Shown in pieces: positions 22,080-32,935 of a stretch of DNA of 64,000 nt. The notes beneath the pieces are model-generated. The model was given only the letters and a program-made list of their open reading frames with translations, did not search any database and was not told the DNA's origin. Source of the DNA: an uncultured Chloroflexia bacterium (GTDB lineage: Bacteria > Chloroflexota > Limnocylindria > Limnocylindrales > CSP1-4). The stretch is from positions 352,001-416,000 of the forward strand of contig CAVQJC010000001.1 in NCBI GenBank assembly GCA_963712745.1, given 5' to 3'. Numbering within the stretch: position 1 is the stretch's first letter; every line of letters starts with the position of its first letter. Both the position numbers and the translations under genes were made by a program.

Positions 22080-23351
22080 ATGGTGAGACGCAGCGGGAGG
22101 AGAGTCACGAAACGCCACCTCGCACTCCTCGGTGGCACCACGTCGTATCCGGACTGCCTAAACGCACTGTGGTGTCTCGCCCGCCCCACATCGCTGGTCG
22201 ATGGACCCGCGACGGATCGCTTCGAGCGTGAATTCGCCGACTACATCGGCGTTTCCCACGCCATCAGCTTCACTAGCGGCCGAGTCGGTCTCTATGAGAT
22301 CTTGCTAGGCCTGGACATCGGCGAGGGCGACGAGGTCCTGATCCAGGTGCCCACCCACATCGTCGTGGCCAACGCGATCCGCTACGCGGGCGCCCAGCCG
22401 GTCTACGTGGACTGTCGCACCAATTCATACAATCTGGATCTGTCCCACGCCGAAAGTCTGGTCAGTCCTCGGACCAAGGCGATCGTCCTGCAGCACACCT
22501 ATGGGATCCCTGTCGATCTGGATGCCGCGCAAACATTTGCCGATCGACATGGCCTGGCGGTCATCGAAGACTGCGTCCACTCGCTCGGCGCGACGTTCAA
22601 GGGTCGCCAGACCGGGAGCTTTGGCAGGGCGTCCTTCTTCAGTACCGAAGAGACCAAGATCATCTCGACCACCCTCGGTGGGGTCGTGACCACCGATGAC
22701 GACCAGCTGGCGACACGAATACGCGACGCTCATCGAGATCAATGCCACTCGCCGAGTCGGTGGCTAGTCGCGCGCTACCTCGTGAAGTTGATCGCGTACC
22801 ATGTGATGACCGAACCCGTGATCCACCCGTACGCTCGGGCGGTGTACGACTTCATCGGGGTTCAACCGCTGCCAACGCCGGTGTCTCGCCAGGAACTCGT
22901 GGGCGAGCGCCCGGCAGGATATCTGGAGCGCTTCAGCAACGCTCAAGCGTCCGTGGGGCTACGCCAGCTACGGCGGATCGAGGAGAACGTCGCCCATCGG
23001 CGAAAGATCGCGGGCATCTACCGGGACCGACTGGAGTCACTGGGCATGGACCGTCTAGCGTCCTACCCCGAACACTCATCCCCGTCGTGGTGTCGCTATC
23101 CGGTCCGCGTGCGGCAACGCGACGTCGTGGAAGAGGCAGTCAGGCCGTTCGCCCAGCCAGGCATCTGGTTCACGTCCGTGCTCGAAGAAGCTGAGTCACC
23201 GGAGGTCGGAGGCTATGTCCAGGGCTCGTGCCCGAACGCAGAGTCCGTGACGGGTCACGTGATCAATCTTCCGACCCACGGCCGCGTGAGCGCGAAAGAC
23301 GCGGAACGCCTGGCAGCGGTCGTCCTCGAGTCCGCAACCCGCGGAGGATAG
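22080..23351 (+). CDS. DegT/DnrJ/EryC1/StrS family PLP aminotransferase
   Basis: GEGDEVLIQVPTH, TKAIVLQHTYG, VIEDCVHSLGA, FFSTEETK (PLP Lys), INLPTH. Confidence 0.88.
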   Translation: MVRRSGRRVTKRHLALLGGTTSYPDCLNALWCLARPTSLVDGPATDRFEREFADYIGVSHAISFTSGRVGLYEILLGLDIGEGDEVLIQVPTHIVVANAIRYAGAQPVYVDCRTNSYNLDLSHAESLVSPRTKAIVLQHTYGIPVDLDAAQTFADRHGLAVIEDCVHSLGATFKGRQTGSFGRASFFSTEETKIISTTLGGVVTTDDDQLATRIRDAHRDQCHSPSRWLVARYLVKLIAYHVMTEPVIHPYARAVYDFIGVQPLPTPVSRQELVGERPAGYLERFSNAQASVGLRQLRRIEENVAHRRKIAGIYRDRLESLGMDRLASYPEHSSPSWCRYPVRVRQRDVVEEAVRPFAQPGIWFTSVLEEAESPEVGGYVQGSCPNAESVTGHVINLPTHGRVSAKDAERLAAVVLESATRGG

Positions 23352-23579
23352 TCCAGCGGTCGTCGTGCTGGACCTGGTGGCACGGTAGGGCTGAGCGGCA
23401 CTCCTGACTCGATCCCACCATCTAGCGCTCGATGCCCATGGAGTGCTCGCGGCGAGGTGGTGCCCAACGAACCGCTCACGGTCGCCCCGCATGGCGGTTT
23501 AGTTTAGTAGACATGACTCGGCCCGTTCGGGGCTGAGCCGATCCGCGTTTAGGGAACGAGGAACGTGCCGATCCGTGGA

Positions 23580-23655
23580 TGGCGCGCCCGGCGAGACTCG
23601 AACTCACGACCTTCTGGTCCGCAACCAGATGCTCTATCCGCTGAGCTACGGGCGC
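23580..23655 (-). tRNA. tRNA-Arg(GCG), 76 nt, CCA encoded
   Basis: GCGCCCG acceptor stem, D arm AGCTCAGCGGATAGAGC, anticodon arm TCTGG-TTGCGGA-CCAGA, T loop GTTCGAG. Confidence 0.92.
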
Positions 23656-23662
23656 CTAAGAC

Positions 23663-23754
<92 letters not shown>

Positions 23755-23952
23755 TCTTCAGCCGGCCGATGGTAGCACGCACCGGACGCGGGCCGAGTAT
23801 CATCGCCTTCCTACTGCTACAGAAGCGGAATCGCACCGCGCTCTGTGCTCGCGTCCGCACGAGCCGGACTAGTCGTGTCGTGCGATCTGGGGAGTTCCCC
23901 AACTCGATCATGAGGCGAGCCTCTCGTGGCTCGCAACCTGGAGACCGTCCAC

Positions 23953-24853
23953 ATGTCCAAACGCGTCGTCCTTCTTGGCCACCCGGTATCCCATTCGCTG
24001 TCGGAAGCGCTACAGCGAGCCGCCTTCGAGGCCGCAGGGGTCGATGCCACCTACGAACCGATCGACACACCGCCGATCGATCTCGCGCAGGCCGTTGCCG
24101 CCCTGCGCGGCGATGACTACCTGGGGGCCAACATCACGCTGCCGCACAAGGATCGTGTGGCCTCGATGGTCGATCGCCTCACTGATGAGGCGCAGCACAC
24201 CGGGGCGGTCGATACCATCACGCGTGACGGCGATCAGCTGGTCGGGCACAACACCGACGTGCTCGGCTTTCCGTCCCGCACTCGACGCGCTCGTGGGACG
24301 CCAGAAGATGCCACGTACGGCGGTCGTGCTCGGCGCCGGTGGCGGGGCTCGCGCGGTCGTCTATGCCCTCATTCGTGCCTCGTTCCAGCACGTCATCGTT
24401 TTCAACCGCCATCTGCACCGTGGCGAGAAGATGATCAGCCACTTCGGGCGCAGCGCGTCTCACATGGAGTTGCGCGCCAAGCCATGGCACGAGTCGGTCA
24501 TCGAGGCGGAACTGGCCAAGACCGACATCCTCATCAATGCCAGCTCGGTCGGGCGCGACCCGAACGAGTCGCCCCTGCCCGCCGAGCTGCTGCCAGCGGA
24601 CATCCTGGTGCTCGATCTGCACTATGTGCCTGAGGAGACAAAGCTCATCCGCGATGCCCGCGAAGCTGGTGCCAAGACCGTCATGAACGGTGACATCATG
24701 CTTGTCGGCCAGAGTGCTGCGGCCTTCGAGCTGTGGACAGGAGAGAAGGCGCCGCTCGACACGCTTCGCAAGCAACTCGAGGCTTCCCGCAATGACCCTG
24801 ATGTGCCGGTCAGCGCCGGGGAGAATGGCGAGCCAATAGCCACCGCCGAGTGA
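23953..24853 (+). CDS. aroE: Shikimate dehydrogenase; frameshift near 24270
   Basis: LGHPVSHSLS, GANITLPHK, GHNTD, LGAGGGARA, NASSVG. Confidence 0.92.
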
Positions 24854-25863
24854 CCGATAGCACAGCTGGCTCACGCCTGGCGCTGGAACGCGCGTTCGCC
24901 ATCGAGGCCGTCGCGGCAGCCAGCCAGCTTTGCCGTACGGTGCGTGACGCCTTCGATGCGTCCGAGGCGACCTCGAAAGCCGACAGCTCTCCGGTCACGG
25001 TCGCGGACCTTGGCGCCCAGGCCCTGGTCAGCATCGCGCTACGCGAGCAGCTCCCCGGCGACGGGCTCATGGGCGAGGAGGACTCGGGGCCGCTGACCGC
25101 GTCGCCCGAACTGGCGGCGGCTGTACTCGCACGGGTACAGGAGCAGCGGCCCGACGTCGGGATGGATGAGTTGCTCGTCGCGCTCGACCGCTGCGACGAT
25201 CCCGGCGGACCCGGGCGCCGCTGGTGGACGCTCGATCCGGTCGATGGCACCAAGGGCTTCCTGCGTAATGAGCAATATGCCGTCGCGCTGGCGCTCATCG
25301 AAGATGGTGGGGTGGTGCTCGCGGTGATGGGATCGCCCAATCTGCCGCTCCGGGGTGAGCCCGGCGACCCCGGTGCTACGGGCTGCCTGTTCGTGGCTGA
25401 GCGCGGCCATGGCACCTACCAGATGGCTCTCGCAGACGTCGCGCCTGGCATTACCGGACAGCGCATCGCGGTGGCCGAGATCGAGTCCGCAGCCGAGGGG
25501 CGCTACGCCGAGTCGGTCGAGTCAGCCCACTCGAATCAATCGCAGTCGGCGCAGATCGGCCAAGCCTTGGGCATCACCGCCGAGCCACTGCGCCTCGACA
25601 GCCAGACGAAGTACGCGGTGGTCGGTCGTGGTGATGCCTCGATCTACCTCCGGCTGCCACGCGGTGACTACCGCGAGAACGTATGGGACCACGCAGCGGG
25701 CTACCTCATCGTGAGCGAAGCCGGGGGCCGCGTCTCGGATGTGGAGGGCCGGCCGCTCGACTTCAGCACCGGTACGCGCATGACCGACAACCGCGGCATC
25801 GTGGCCACGGTGGCGTCCATCCACGACGAGGTGCTCGCGGCCGTCGCGGCTTCCTTGGGATAG
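24850..25863 (+). CDS. 3'(2'),5'-bisphosphate nucleotidase (HAL2-like inositol monophosphatase family)
   Basis: KADSSPVTVADLGAQA, WTLDPVDGTKGFLRNEQYAVALALI, RLDSQTKY, YRENVWDHAAG. Confidence 0.9.
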   Translation: MTDSTAGSRLALERAFAIEAVAAASQLCRTVRDAFDASEATSKADSSPVTVADLGAQALVSIALREQLPGDGLMGEEDSGPLTASPELAAAVLARVQEQRPDVGMDELLVALDRCDDPGGPGRRWWTLDPVDGTKGFLRNEQYAVALALIEDGGVVLAVMGSPNLPLRGEPGDPGATGCLFVAERGHGTYQMALADVAPGITGQRIAVAEIESAAEGRYAESVESAHSNQSQSAQIGQALGITAEPLRLDSQTKYAVVGRGDASIYLRLPRGDYRENVWDHAAGYLIVSEAGGRVSDVEGRPLDFSTGTRMTDNRGIVATVASIHDEVLAAVAASLG

Positions 25864-26318
25864 CACGCGCGCCGGTGAAGTCTGCGGGTGCTGGCGCGGT
25901 CGGCGTAGTTCACGTAGTCGGCGGGCGTCGCGCGCATCGGATCAGCCCATGCATCCTGCTCGGCTGCTCACCGAAACACCGCATGTGGCTGCAGCGGCCG
26001 GGATCGAGGGAGCGACGTCAGGTCGTCGCATGAGAGGTGCCAACTGGAGGCTCGGGTGGCGTCTGACGAGTATCGGCCACCCTTGTGTGGCGATTTGGTG
26101 CATCAGAGGCACCAAACGGCGATCGCGACGGCCATCTGGCCATTCAGGCAGCCCCGATCCAGTGCTCGGGGGTCACTTGGCACGCGTGATGCAACACGGC
26201 CCCGACGAGCGCGCGCGTGATGCAAAGAGTGCCAGGGGGCGCTCAGGTAGGCCTTGAAGGTGAGCGTTGAAGGCCGGCTGGACTCGACGCGCGGGTCGCG
26301 CGCCACGGCGCCAAGGGA

Positions 26319-27134
26319 CTACGAGCGCTTTGTGGCTTCGGACAGGGACATCACCAGTGCAGCCATGCGCGAGATGTCATGCCCCTCTGGTCCCAGGGCA
26401 TCGACAAGGGCGCTGGCAACGATGACGCCATCGGCCAACTGTGCCAGCGAACGTGCATGGGCAGGCTTCGAGACACCGAAACCGACTGCCACCGGTACGG
26501 GGCTGACAGCACGGATCTCCTTGAGGAAACGGCCCACGCCGGGCGGCAGGGACTTGCGTGCACCAGTCACGCCAGCGAGCGAGACGGCGTACAGGAACCC
26601 CTGGCTGCGCGAGGCCACGAAGCGGCGGCGATCGACCGGCGTGGTCGGTGCGACCAGGTAGATGATGCCGATGCCGTGGCGCGCAGCCTCCTGTTCAAGC
26701 TCAGCGCCTTCGTCCGGTGTCAGATCGGCGAGGATGAAGCCCGATACGCCGGCCTTGCCGAGCCGCTCGAGCACGTTGGCACCGTCGCGGCCACCGAGCA
26801 CTTGGTTGACATAGCCCATGGCCACGAGCGGTGTGTCCGGACGTGCGGCGTGGATGCGGCCGACCAGCTCGATGGATGCGTCGAGGTTGGCACCGGCCGC
26901 GAGCGCGATGGAGCTGGCGCGCTGGAGCGTGGCACCGTCCGCGAGCGGGTCGGAGTAGGGCAAACCGACCTCGAGGATATCGGCGCCGCCATCGATCAGC
27001 GCGATGGCGATGCGGGCCGACGTCTCCGCGTCGGGATAGCCGGCCACAGCGTACGGGATCAGCGCTGCTCGGCCATCTGCGTCCGCGGCAGCGAAGGCAG
27101 CCGCGATCCTCATTGGACCTGCTACGCCAGTCAC
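26319..27134 (-). CDS. trpA: Tryptophan synthase alpha chain
   Basis: [40 protein letters not shown]. Confidence 0.95.
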   Translation of the reverse strand: MTGVAGPMRIAAAFAAADADGRAALIPYAVAGYPDAETSARIAIALIDGGADILEVGLPYSDPLADGATLQRASSIALAAGANLDASIELVGRIHAARPDTPLVAMGYVNQVLGGRDGANVLERLGKAGVSGFILADLTPDEGAELEQEAARHGIGIIYLVAPTTPVDRRRFVASRSQGFLYAVSLAGVTGARKSLPPGVGRFLKEIRAVSPVPVAVGFGVSKPAHARSLAQLADGVIVASALVDALGPEGHDISRMAALVMSLSEATKRS

Positions 27135-28370
27135 GCTACGCCTCCCGCGTGCATGCCCGCCATGAGGCGATCCTCGATGGCCGCGATGTCCTTGTCACCA
27201 CGTCCCGACAGCCCCATGAGCACGATGTCGTCGTCGTCGGGTGCCGCTATCGAGGTCCCACGTAACAGCTCGATCATGGCTGACACGGCATGGGCCGGTT
27301 CCAGCGCGGGCAGGATGCCTTCGGTCATCGTGAGCAGCCGCACCCCCTCGAGCGCCTCTTCATCGGTCGCGCTCAGGATCTCCAATCGACCCGCCGCATA
27401 AAGCGCCGAGAGCTGCGGTCCGATGCCCGGATAGTCGAGCCCAGCCGAGATCGAGTGCGCCTCGGTGACCTGGCCATCGTCATCCTGGAGCAGGTATGAG
27501 CGCGACCCATGCAGCACACCGGGAGTGCCGCCGCCGAGAGCAGCCGCGTGCTTGCCGTCAAGGCCCTCCCCCGCCGCTTCAACGCCGATGATGCGTGTTT
27601 GCGTTTCGCCGATGAACCGCGCCAGCAAACCGATGGCGTTGGAGCCACCGCCGACACAGGCGATAGCGATATCCGGCAGGCGGCCCTCGAGCGTGTTGAC
27701 CTGCTCGGCGGCTTCGTCGCCGATGACGCGCTGGAGGTCACGCACCAGGGATGGGAACGGATGCGGCCCCACGGCAGACCCGAGGATGTAGTGGCTCGTC
27801 TCGACGTTGGTGACCCAGTCGCGCATCGTCTCGTTGACGGCATCCTTGAGCGTGGCCGTGCCCGAGGTGACCTCACGTACTTCGGCACCGAGCGCGCGCA
27901 TGCGCAGGACGTTGGGTGCCTGACGGCGGATGTCTTCAGCGCCCATGTAGACGACACAATCGAGGCCCAGCAGGGCACAGGCGGTCGCGGTGGCCACACC
28001 ATGCTGGCCCGCGCCGGTCTCGGCGATGACGCGATGCTTGCCCAGGCGCAACGTGAGCAGGGCCTGACCGAGCGCGTTGTTGATCTTGTGCGCACCGGTA
28101 TGGTCGAGGTCTTCACGCTTGAGGTACAGGCGCAGCCGACCAGGTTCGCGGCCCGCCCGCAGTTCCAGCTCGCGCGCGAGGCGATCGGCACGGTAGACCG
28201 GGGTGGGCCGACCGACGTAGTGATGCGAGAGATCACGTAGCTCGGACCAGAATGCAGGATCGATTCGGATGGCTTGGTATGCAGCCTCAAGGTCGAGCAG
28301 CGCAGCCATCAGCGTCTCCGGCACGAAGCGGCCGCCGAACTGGCGTTCCACGCCCCAGCGCCCGTGTTCA
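27131..28370 (-). CDS. trpB: Tryptophan synthase beta domain, in-frame C-terminal part of a TrpF-TrpB fusion
   Basis: [67 protein letters not shown]. Confidence 0.93.
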
Positions 28371-29125
28371 TCCGGCTCGAGCAGGCCAGCATCGACCGGG
28401 TGGGGGCCGAACGCGACCGTGGGCCGGTCGAGGCGCGCGGCGCTGGCGCGCTTGATGAACAACGCCACCCTGAAGGGGTCCTTGACTGGACCGCGCCGAG
28501 CCCGAGGTGCAACCTCGACGCCGCTGGAGACGTCCACACCGACGGCCGGGATATCGATCAAGGCACCGGCTACGTTGGACGCGTCGAGTCCACCAGCCAG
28601 CACCACCGGCGTACGCCCGGCGATCGTCTGGGCGACCGACGCCGAGGCACGCTGCCCGGTGCCGCCGAGGACCCCAGGTGCAGCCGTATCGAGCAGGATG
28701 GCGCGCAGGTTCGACCTGGACTCGTACTCCACCACATCGGACAAGAGCGCCGCGAGATCAGGTGGGCTGAGCTGCGTGTCGCCCGCGGGCACGTGCAGGA
28801 CCTTGAGCACTGGTAGCGGGATCAGATCCAGGTCGGCAGGCCGGCTCGCTGCCATGCAGCTGCACCATGTCGAGACCCAGCCGAGTGGCCATGGCCGCGA
28901 CCTCGGCCGGATCCTGGTCGGCGAAGACGCCCACCAGCAAGGGTCCATTGCCCGGCGATCGAGGCCACGCGCGATGGCGATCAGCTTGGTCGCCTGGGCC
29001 TCATCGAGGACGCGCGGACTGCCGGGCACGAAGTTGAAGCCGATAGCATCCGCGCCGGCCGCGATCGCGGCCGCCAAGCCGTCGGCCTCCGGGATACCGC
29101 AGATCTTCACGAACGGCTGGCGGCC
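28371..29125 (-). CDS. trpF: Phosphoribosylanthranilate isomerase domain (fused to TrpB; compensating frameshifts at about 28950 and 28840)
   Basis: [52 protein letters not shown]. Confidence 0.9.
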
Positions 29126-29970
29126 GTCGACGGCAGGATCGACGCCCGGTCCCGCCTTGCGTGCCAGCGCTCACCAAGGTGGCGACGCGCGACTCGATCT
29201 CGCCGGGATCGGTGCCACTGCGCATCAGGTCTTCGCCGACCAGAGCCGCATCGAAAGCGAGTGCCCGCCAGCGACGCAGCGTGCTCGCGTCCCGCACGCC
29301 CGACTCCGCCATCACGAGGCGATCGTCGGGAACCTGCGAGCGCAGCCGGTCGGAGAGCTCGGCATCGACCTCGAGCGTGCGCAGGTCGCGGTTGTTGATA
29401 CCGATAAGGCGCGCTTCGGTGGCCACCGCCGCTGCCAGTTCCCGCTCGTCGTGCGCCTCCACGAGTGGCTCGAGGCCAACACGCTGGGCCGCCCGCACCA
29501 GGCGCGCCAGTCGCTTGGGCGGGTGCAGGGCAGCGAGCAGAAGCACGGCGTCAGCGCCGGCTGCGCGAAGCAGTGGCAGCTGGCGTGCATCGACCACGAA
29601 CTCCTTGGCCAGGATCGGCAACGGTGGTGGCTGCGCGCGCCAGCCGAAGATCGTCGAGGGAGCCACCGAACCAATGCGGCTCGACGAGCACCGAGATCAT
29701 CGAGGCGCCGCCGGCCTGGTAGGCACGAGCGCGCTCCGCCACGTCGAGCTCGCCATCGATCATCGCGCCAGCCGAAGGCGAGCTGCGCTTGATCTCGGCG
29801 ATGAGGTGTAGGCCGGGGCGCGCCAGACGGCCGACCACGTCACGACGAATAGGCCCGGCGCCCGATGCACGCGTGACCGCACGCAGATCGTTCGACCCGA
29901 ACTCGGTGGCAACGTCCTCGGCGCGTCGTGTGGCGATCTGGTGCAGCACCGAATCCGCTCTCGTGCTCAT
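29126..29970 (-). CDS. trpC: Indole-3-glycerol phosphate synthase (probably fused to TrpF-TrpB); frameshift near 29630
   Basis: [56 protein letters not shown]. Confidence 0.92.
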
Positions 29971-31018
29971 GCCTGGGCCCCTTCGCCGCCACGCCCGGCA
30001 CGCGCCCGCAGACGCTGGAGCAGGTCGAATGCCGCCCCAGAGCCGATGGTCTGCTCAGCCAGCGCCACCCCAGCCCGGAGATCGCTCGCGAGGCCGGCCA
30101 TCTCCAGAGCCGCGGCAGCATTCAGCACGACCACGTGCCGCGCCGGACCGTCGAGTTCATCGCGCAGGATGGCTTCGACCAGGCGCGCGTTGGCTTCGCC
30201 ATCACCCCCGGCGAACTCGCTCGTGGACGCAACCGGCAAGCTATGGTCGGCACTGGTCACGGTCCGCCGAACGATGCCCGCTGGCGAGACGTCGAAGATG
30301 ATGCCGCTGTCATCGAGCGGCAGCTCGTCGATGCGGTCGCCGGTGACGACGAAGGCACGTTGCGTGCCCAGGGCGTGCAACGTCTCAGCCGCCTTTCGGG
30401 CCACCGCCTCATCGGGCACTCCCATCAACTGACGAGTCGGTTCAGCCGCATTGGCGATGGGGCCGATGAAGTTGAAGGCCGTGCGTACGCCGAGCTCCAT
30501 CCGAACCGGACCTGCGTGACGCATGCCGGGGTGGAAGGCTGGCGCGTGCAGATAGGCATAGCCATCTTCGCGCAACGATGCCTCCGCTTCATCCCGGTCC
30601 AGCTCGACGGCCAGCCCCAGGGCACGCATGACGTCGGAGCTGCCCGAGATACCCGACACCGCCCGGTTGCCGGTCTTGGCCACGGTCACGCCGCTCGCCG
30701 CGGTGACCAGCGACGAAGCCGTGGAGATGTTGAAGGTCTGGTGGCCGTCGCCGCCGGTGCCGCACGTATCGATGGTGCCATCGGGCGCCGGCACGTGGAT
30801 GGAGCGCGAGCGCAACGCGCGCACGAAGCCGGTCAGCTCGTCTGTCGTCTCACCGCGGACATGCATGCCCACGAGAACGCCCCCGAGCTGCGCGGGCGTG
30901 ACCTCACCATCGAGCACCGCGGCCATGAACGACTTCCGCAGCTGCCGCATCCAACGTCTCGCCAGCGGCGACGCCACGCAGGGTCGCACGGATCATGTCG
31001 CTGGTGGCTATCGGTCAC
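29967..31018 (-). CDS. trpD: Anthranilate phosphoribosyltransferase; N-terminal frameshifts
   Basis: DTCGTGGDGHQTFNISTA, KTGNRAVSGISGSSD, FHPGMRH, RTAFNFIGP. Confidence 0.93.
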
Positions 31019-31115
31019 TGGCCTGGACACTCCCTCTCGTCGCGTGGCGGAGGATAGATGCTACCCGCTCAGGCAGGGCACTGGTGACATGGGCGTCGCC
31101 TGCTATCGTGCGAGG

Positions 31116-31853
31116 GTGACGAGCGAACTCATGGCGCGACCCGATACAGCCAGCGATGCACCCACACCCGAGGACGTGCGGGTCGCCTTCGCCGATCTGT
31201 GGGGTGACATGGGCCCAGCCTGGAACGTGACCCCTTCGGTCGCGCGGGTGCATGGCTACCTGCTCGCAGCGGGCGGCCTCAATACCGAGCGTGAGGTCCG
31301 TGAGGCCCTGGGCTTGAGCCACCGAGCAGCCTCGCTGGCGCTGGGCGAGCTCGAGGAGTGGCGCCTGGTCGAGCGTGTCGACGATCCCCGGCGCGAGGCC
31401 CGGCCCGGACCGTCGGCCATCGCCTGGAGCGTGGTGGGTGATCGCTGGCGCTGGTTCCAGCGCGTGGCGGAGGAGCGCCGAGCGCGCGAGGCAGACCCGC
31501 TGCAGCCACGTTTGGCAGCCTGCATCGAGCTTGCGGACCAGGCCATCGCGGCCTCACCGGATGACACCGAAGCCGCGCGATTGCGCGAATGGCTGACGGA
31601 GATCCAGGGCTTCGTGACGCTCTTCGAACGAGCGCTGCGGACGCTCTCGCGAGCCGAGACTGGTGAGATCGCACGCGGCTTCGCGGTCCTGGCGCGCATC
31701 AGCGATGAGACCCTCGACAACCTGCTGCGCCTGTTCGGTTCGCTGCCCGAAGATGAGCTGGCAGAAACGCTCGACGCCATCTCCAGGGCCTCGCCGACGA
31801 CAGCGCGACGCGTCATGAGCGCCGCCAACAAGGTGGCTCGGCTGAGCCGCTAG
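31116..31853 (+). CDS. GbsR/MarR family transcriptional regulator with C-terminal helical extension
   Basis: WGDMGPAWNVTPSVARVHGYL, LGLSHRAASLALGELEEWRLV; extended -10 TGcTATCGT 6 nt before GTG. Confidence 0.8.
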   Translation: MTSELMARPDTASDAPTPEDVRVAFADLWGDMGPAWNVTPSVARVHGYLLAAGGLNTEREVREALGLSHRAASLALGELEEWRLVERVDDPRREARPGPSAIAWSVVGDRWRWFQRVAEERRAREADPLQPRLAACIELADQAIAASPDDTEAARLREWLTEIQGFVTLFERALRTLSRAETGEIARGFAVLARISDETLDNLLRLFGSLPEDELAETLDAISRASPTTARRVMSAANKVARLSR

Positions 31854-31899
31854 GCGCACCCTACAATCGGGTGATGGCACCCGTGACCGATCGAACGAC

Positions 31900-32931
31900 G
31901 TGATGCGCGCGCTCATCAAGCAGGCGCCAGGCGCCCACAACGTTGGGTTGGGCTCGGTGCCGCGGCCCACGCCGGGCAGCGATGAGGTCCTCATCGAGGT
32001 CTACGCAACCGGCATCTGCGGCACCGATCTGCATATCCAGGACGACGAATTCACGTCCGTCCCACCGGTCGTGATGGGCCACGAGGTCACCGGCGTCGTG
32101 GTCGAGGCTGGTGCTGGCGCAGAGGCTGCCCTGGGCAAGCGCGTCTCGCCCGAGACCTACTTCTTCACCTGCGGCCGCTGCGATGCCTGTCGTGCCGGTC
32201 GCCGCAACCTGTGCCAGCAACGGCGCAGCATCGGCTCACATGTGAACGGCGGCTTTGCCTCGCACGTGCTGGTGCCGCTCCACAACCTGCACGAGGTCCA
32301 CGCCTCAGTCGGCGAACATGCAGGCGCACTGTACGAACCGCTGTCGTGCGTGGCGCAGTGCCTGTGCGATCCGGCCGTGGCGTCACCGGGTGACACCGCG
32401 CTCGTGGTCGGGCCGGGCGCCATGGGCATCCTGAGCGCCCAGGTCTTGCGTGCGCAAGGCGCCCACGTGACCGTCTCCGGCACGGCGCGTGACCGGGCGC
32501 GCCTCGATCTCGCCGCGTCGCTGGGTCTCGCGGTCACCGAGGCGGACGGGCTTGAAGAGGCCATGCCCGAGGGTGGCTTTGATGTCGTTGCGGAGTGCTC
32601 CGGCTCGGCCGCTGGCGTGGATGCCGGGCTGCGCTCGACCAGACGCGGCGGCCACTACGTCCAGATCGGGCTGGCCGGCAAGACCATCCAGCTCGATATC
32701 GACTTGATCTGCCTGCGCGAGCTCGTGGTCACCTCGGGCTTCGCGAGCACGCCTCGTTCATGGCGTCGCCTCGAGTCGCTCATCGCCGGAGGCCACGTAC
32801 AACTCGATCCCCTGGTCACCGACGTGTTGCCGCTATCGGAGTGGCAGATGGGCTTCAGCCGCACCCGGCAAGCCAATGGCCTCAAGGTGATGCTCGACCC
32901 GCGCCTTGATGGTGCGCACGAGGGGGAGTAG
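31900..32931 (+). CDS. Zn-dependent alcohol/polyol dehydrogenase
   Basis: GICGTDLH, GHE, CGRCDACRAGRRNLC, GPGAMG. Confidence 0.9.
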   Translation: MMRALIKQAPGAHNVGLGSVPRPTPGSDEVLIEVYATGICGTDLHIQDDEFTSVPPVVMGHEVTGVVVEAGAGAEAALGKRVSPETYFFTCGRCDACRAGRRNLCQQRRSIGSHVNGGFASHVLVPLHNLHEVHASVGEHAGALYEPLSCVAQCLCDPAVASPGDTALVVGPGAMGILSAQVLRAQGAHVTVSGTARDRARLDLAASLGLAVTEADGLEEAMPEGGFDVVAECSGSAAGVDAGLRSTRRGGHYVQIGLAGKTIQLDIDLICLRELVVTSGFASTPRSWRRLESLIAGGHVQLDPLVTDVLPLSEWQMGFSRTRQANGLKVMLDPRLDGAHEGE

Positions 32932-32935
32932 GCCG

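Larger units (their letters stand above)
20347..23596. mobile_element. Putative tRNA-integrated islet of about 3.2 kb without an integrase
   Basis: Bounded by the tRNA-Arg 3' end and its copy; carries two accessory genes that appear richer in A/T-ending codons (by eye). Confidence 0.55.

Noticed and set aside
29928-31115. Long N-terminal extension of the 641-aa plus-strand ORF
   Set aside because: Antisense shadow of trpD in high-GC DNA; only 31116-31853 resembles a protein.
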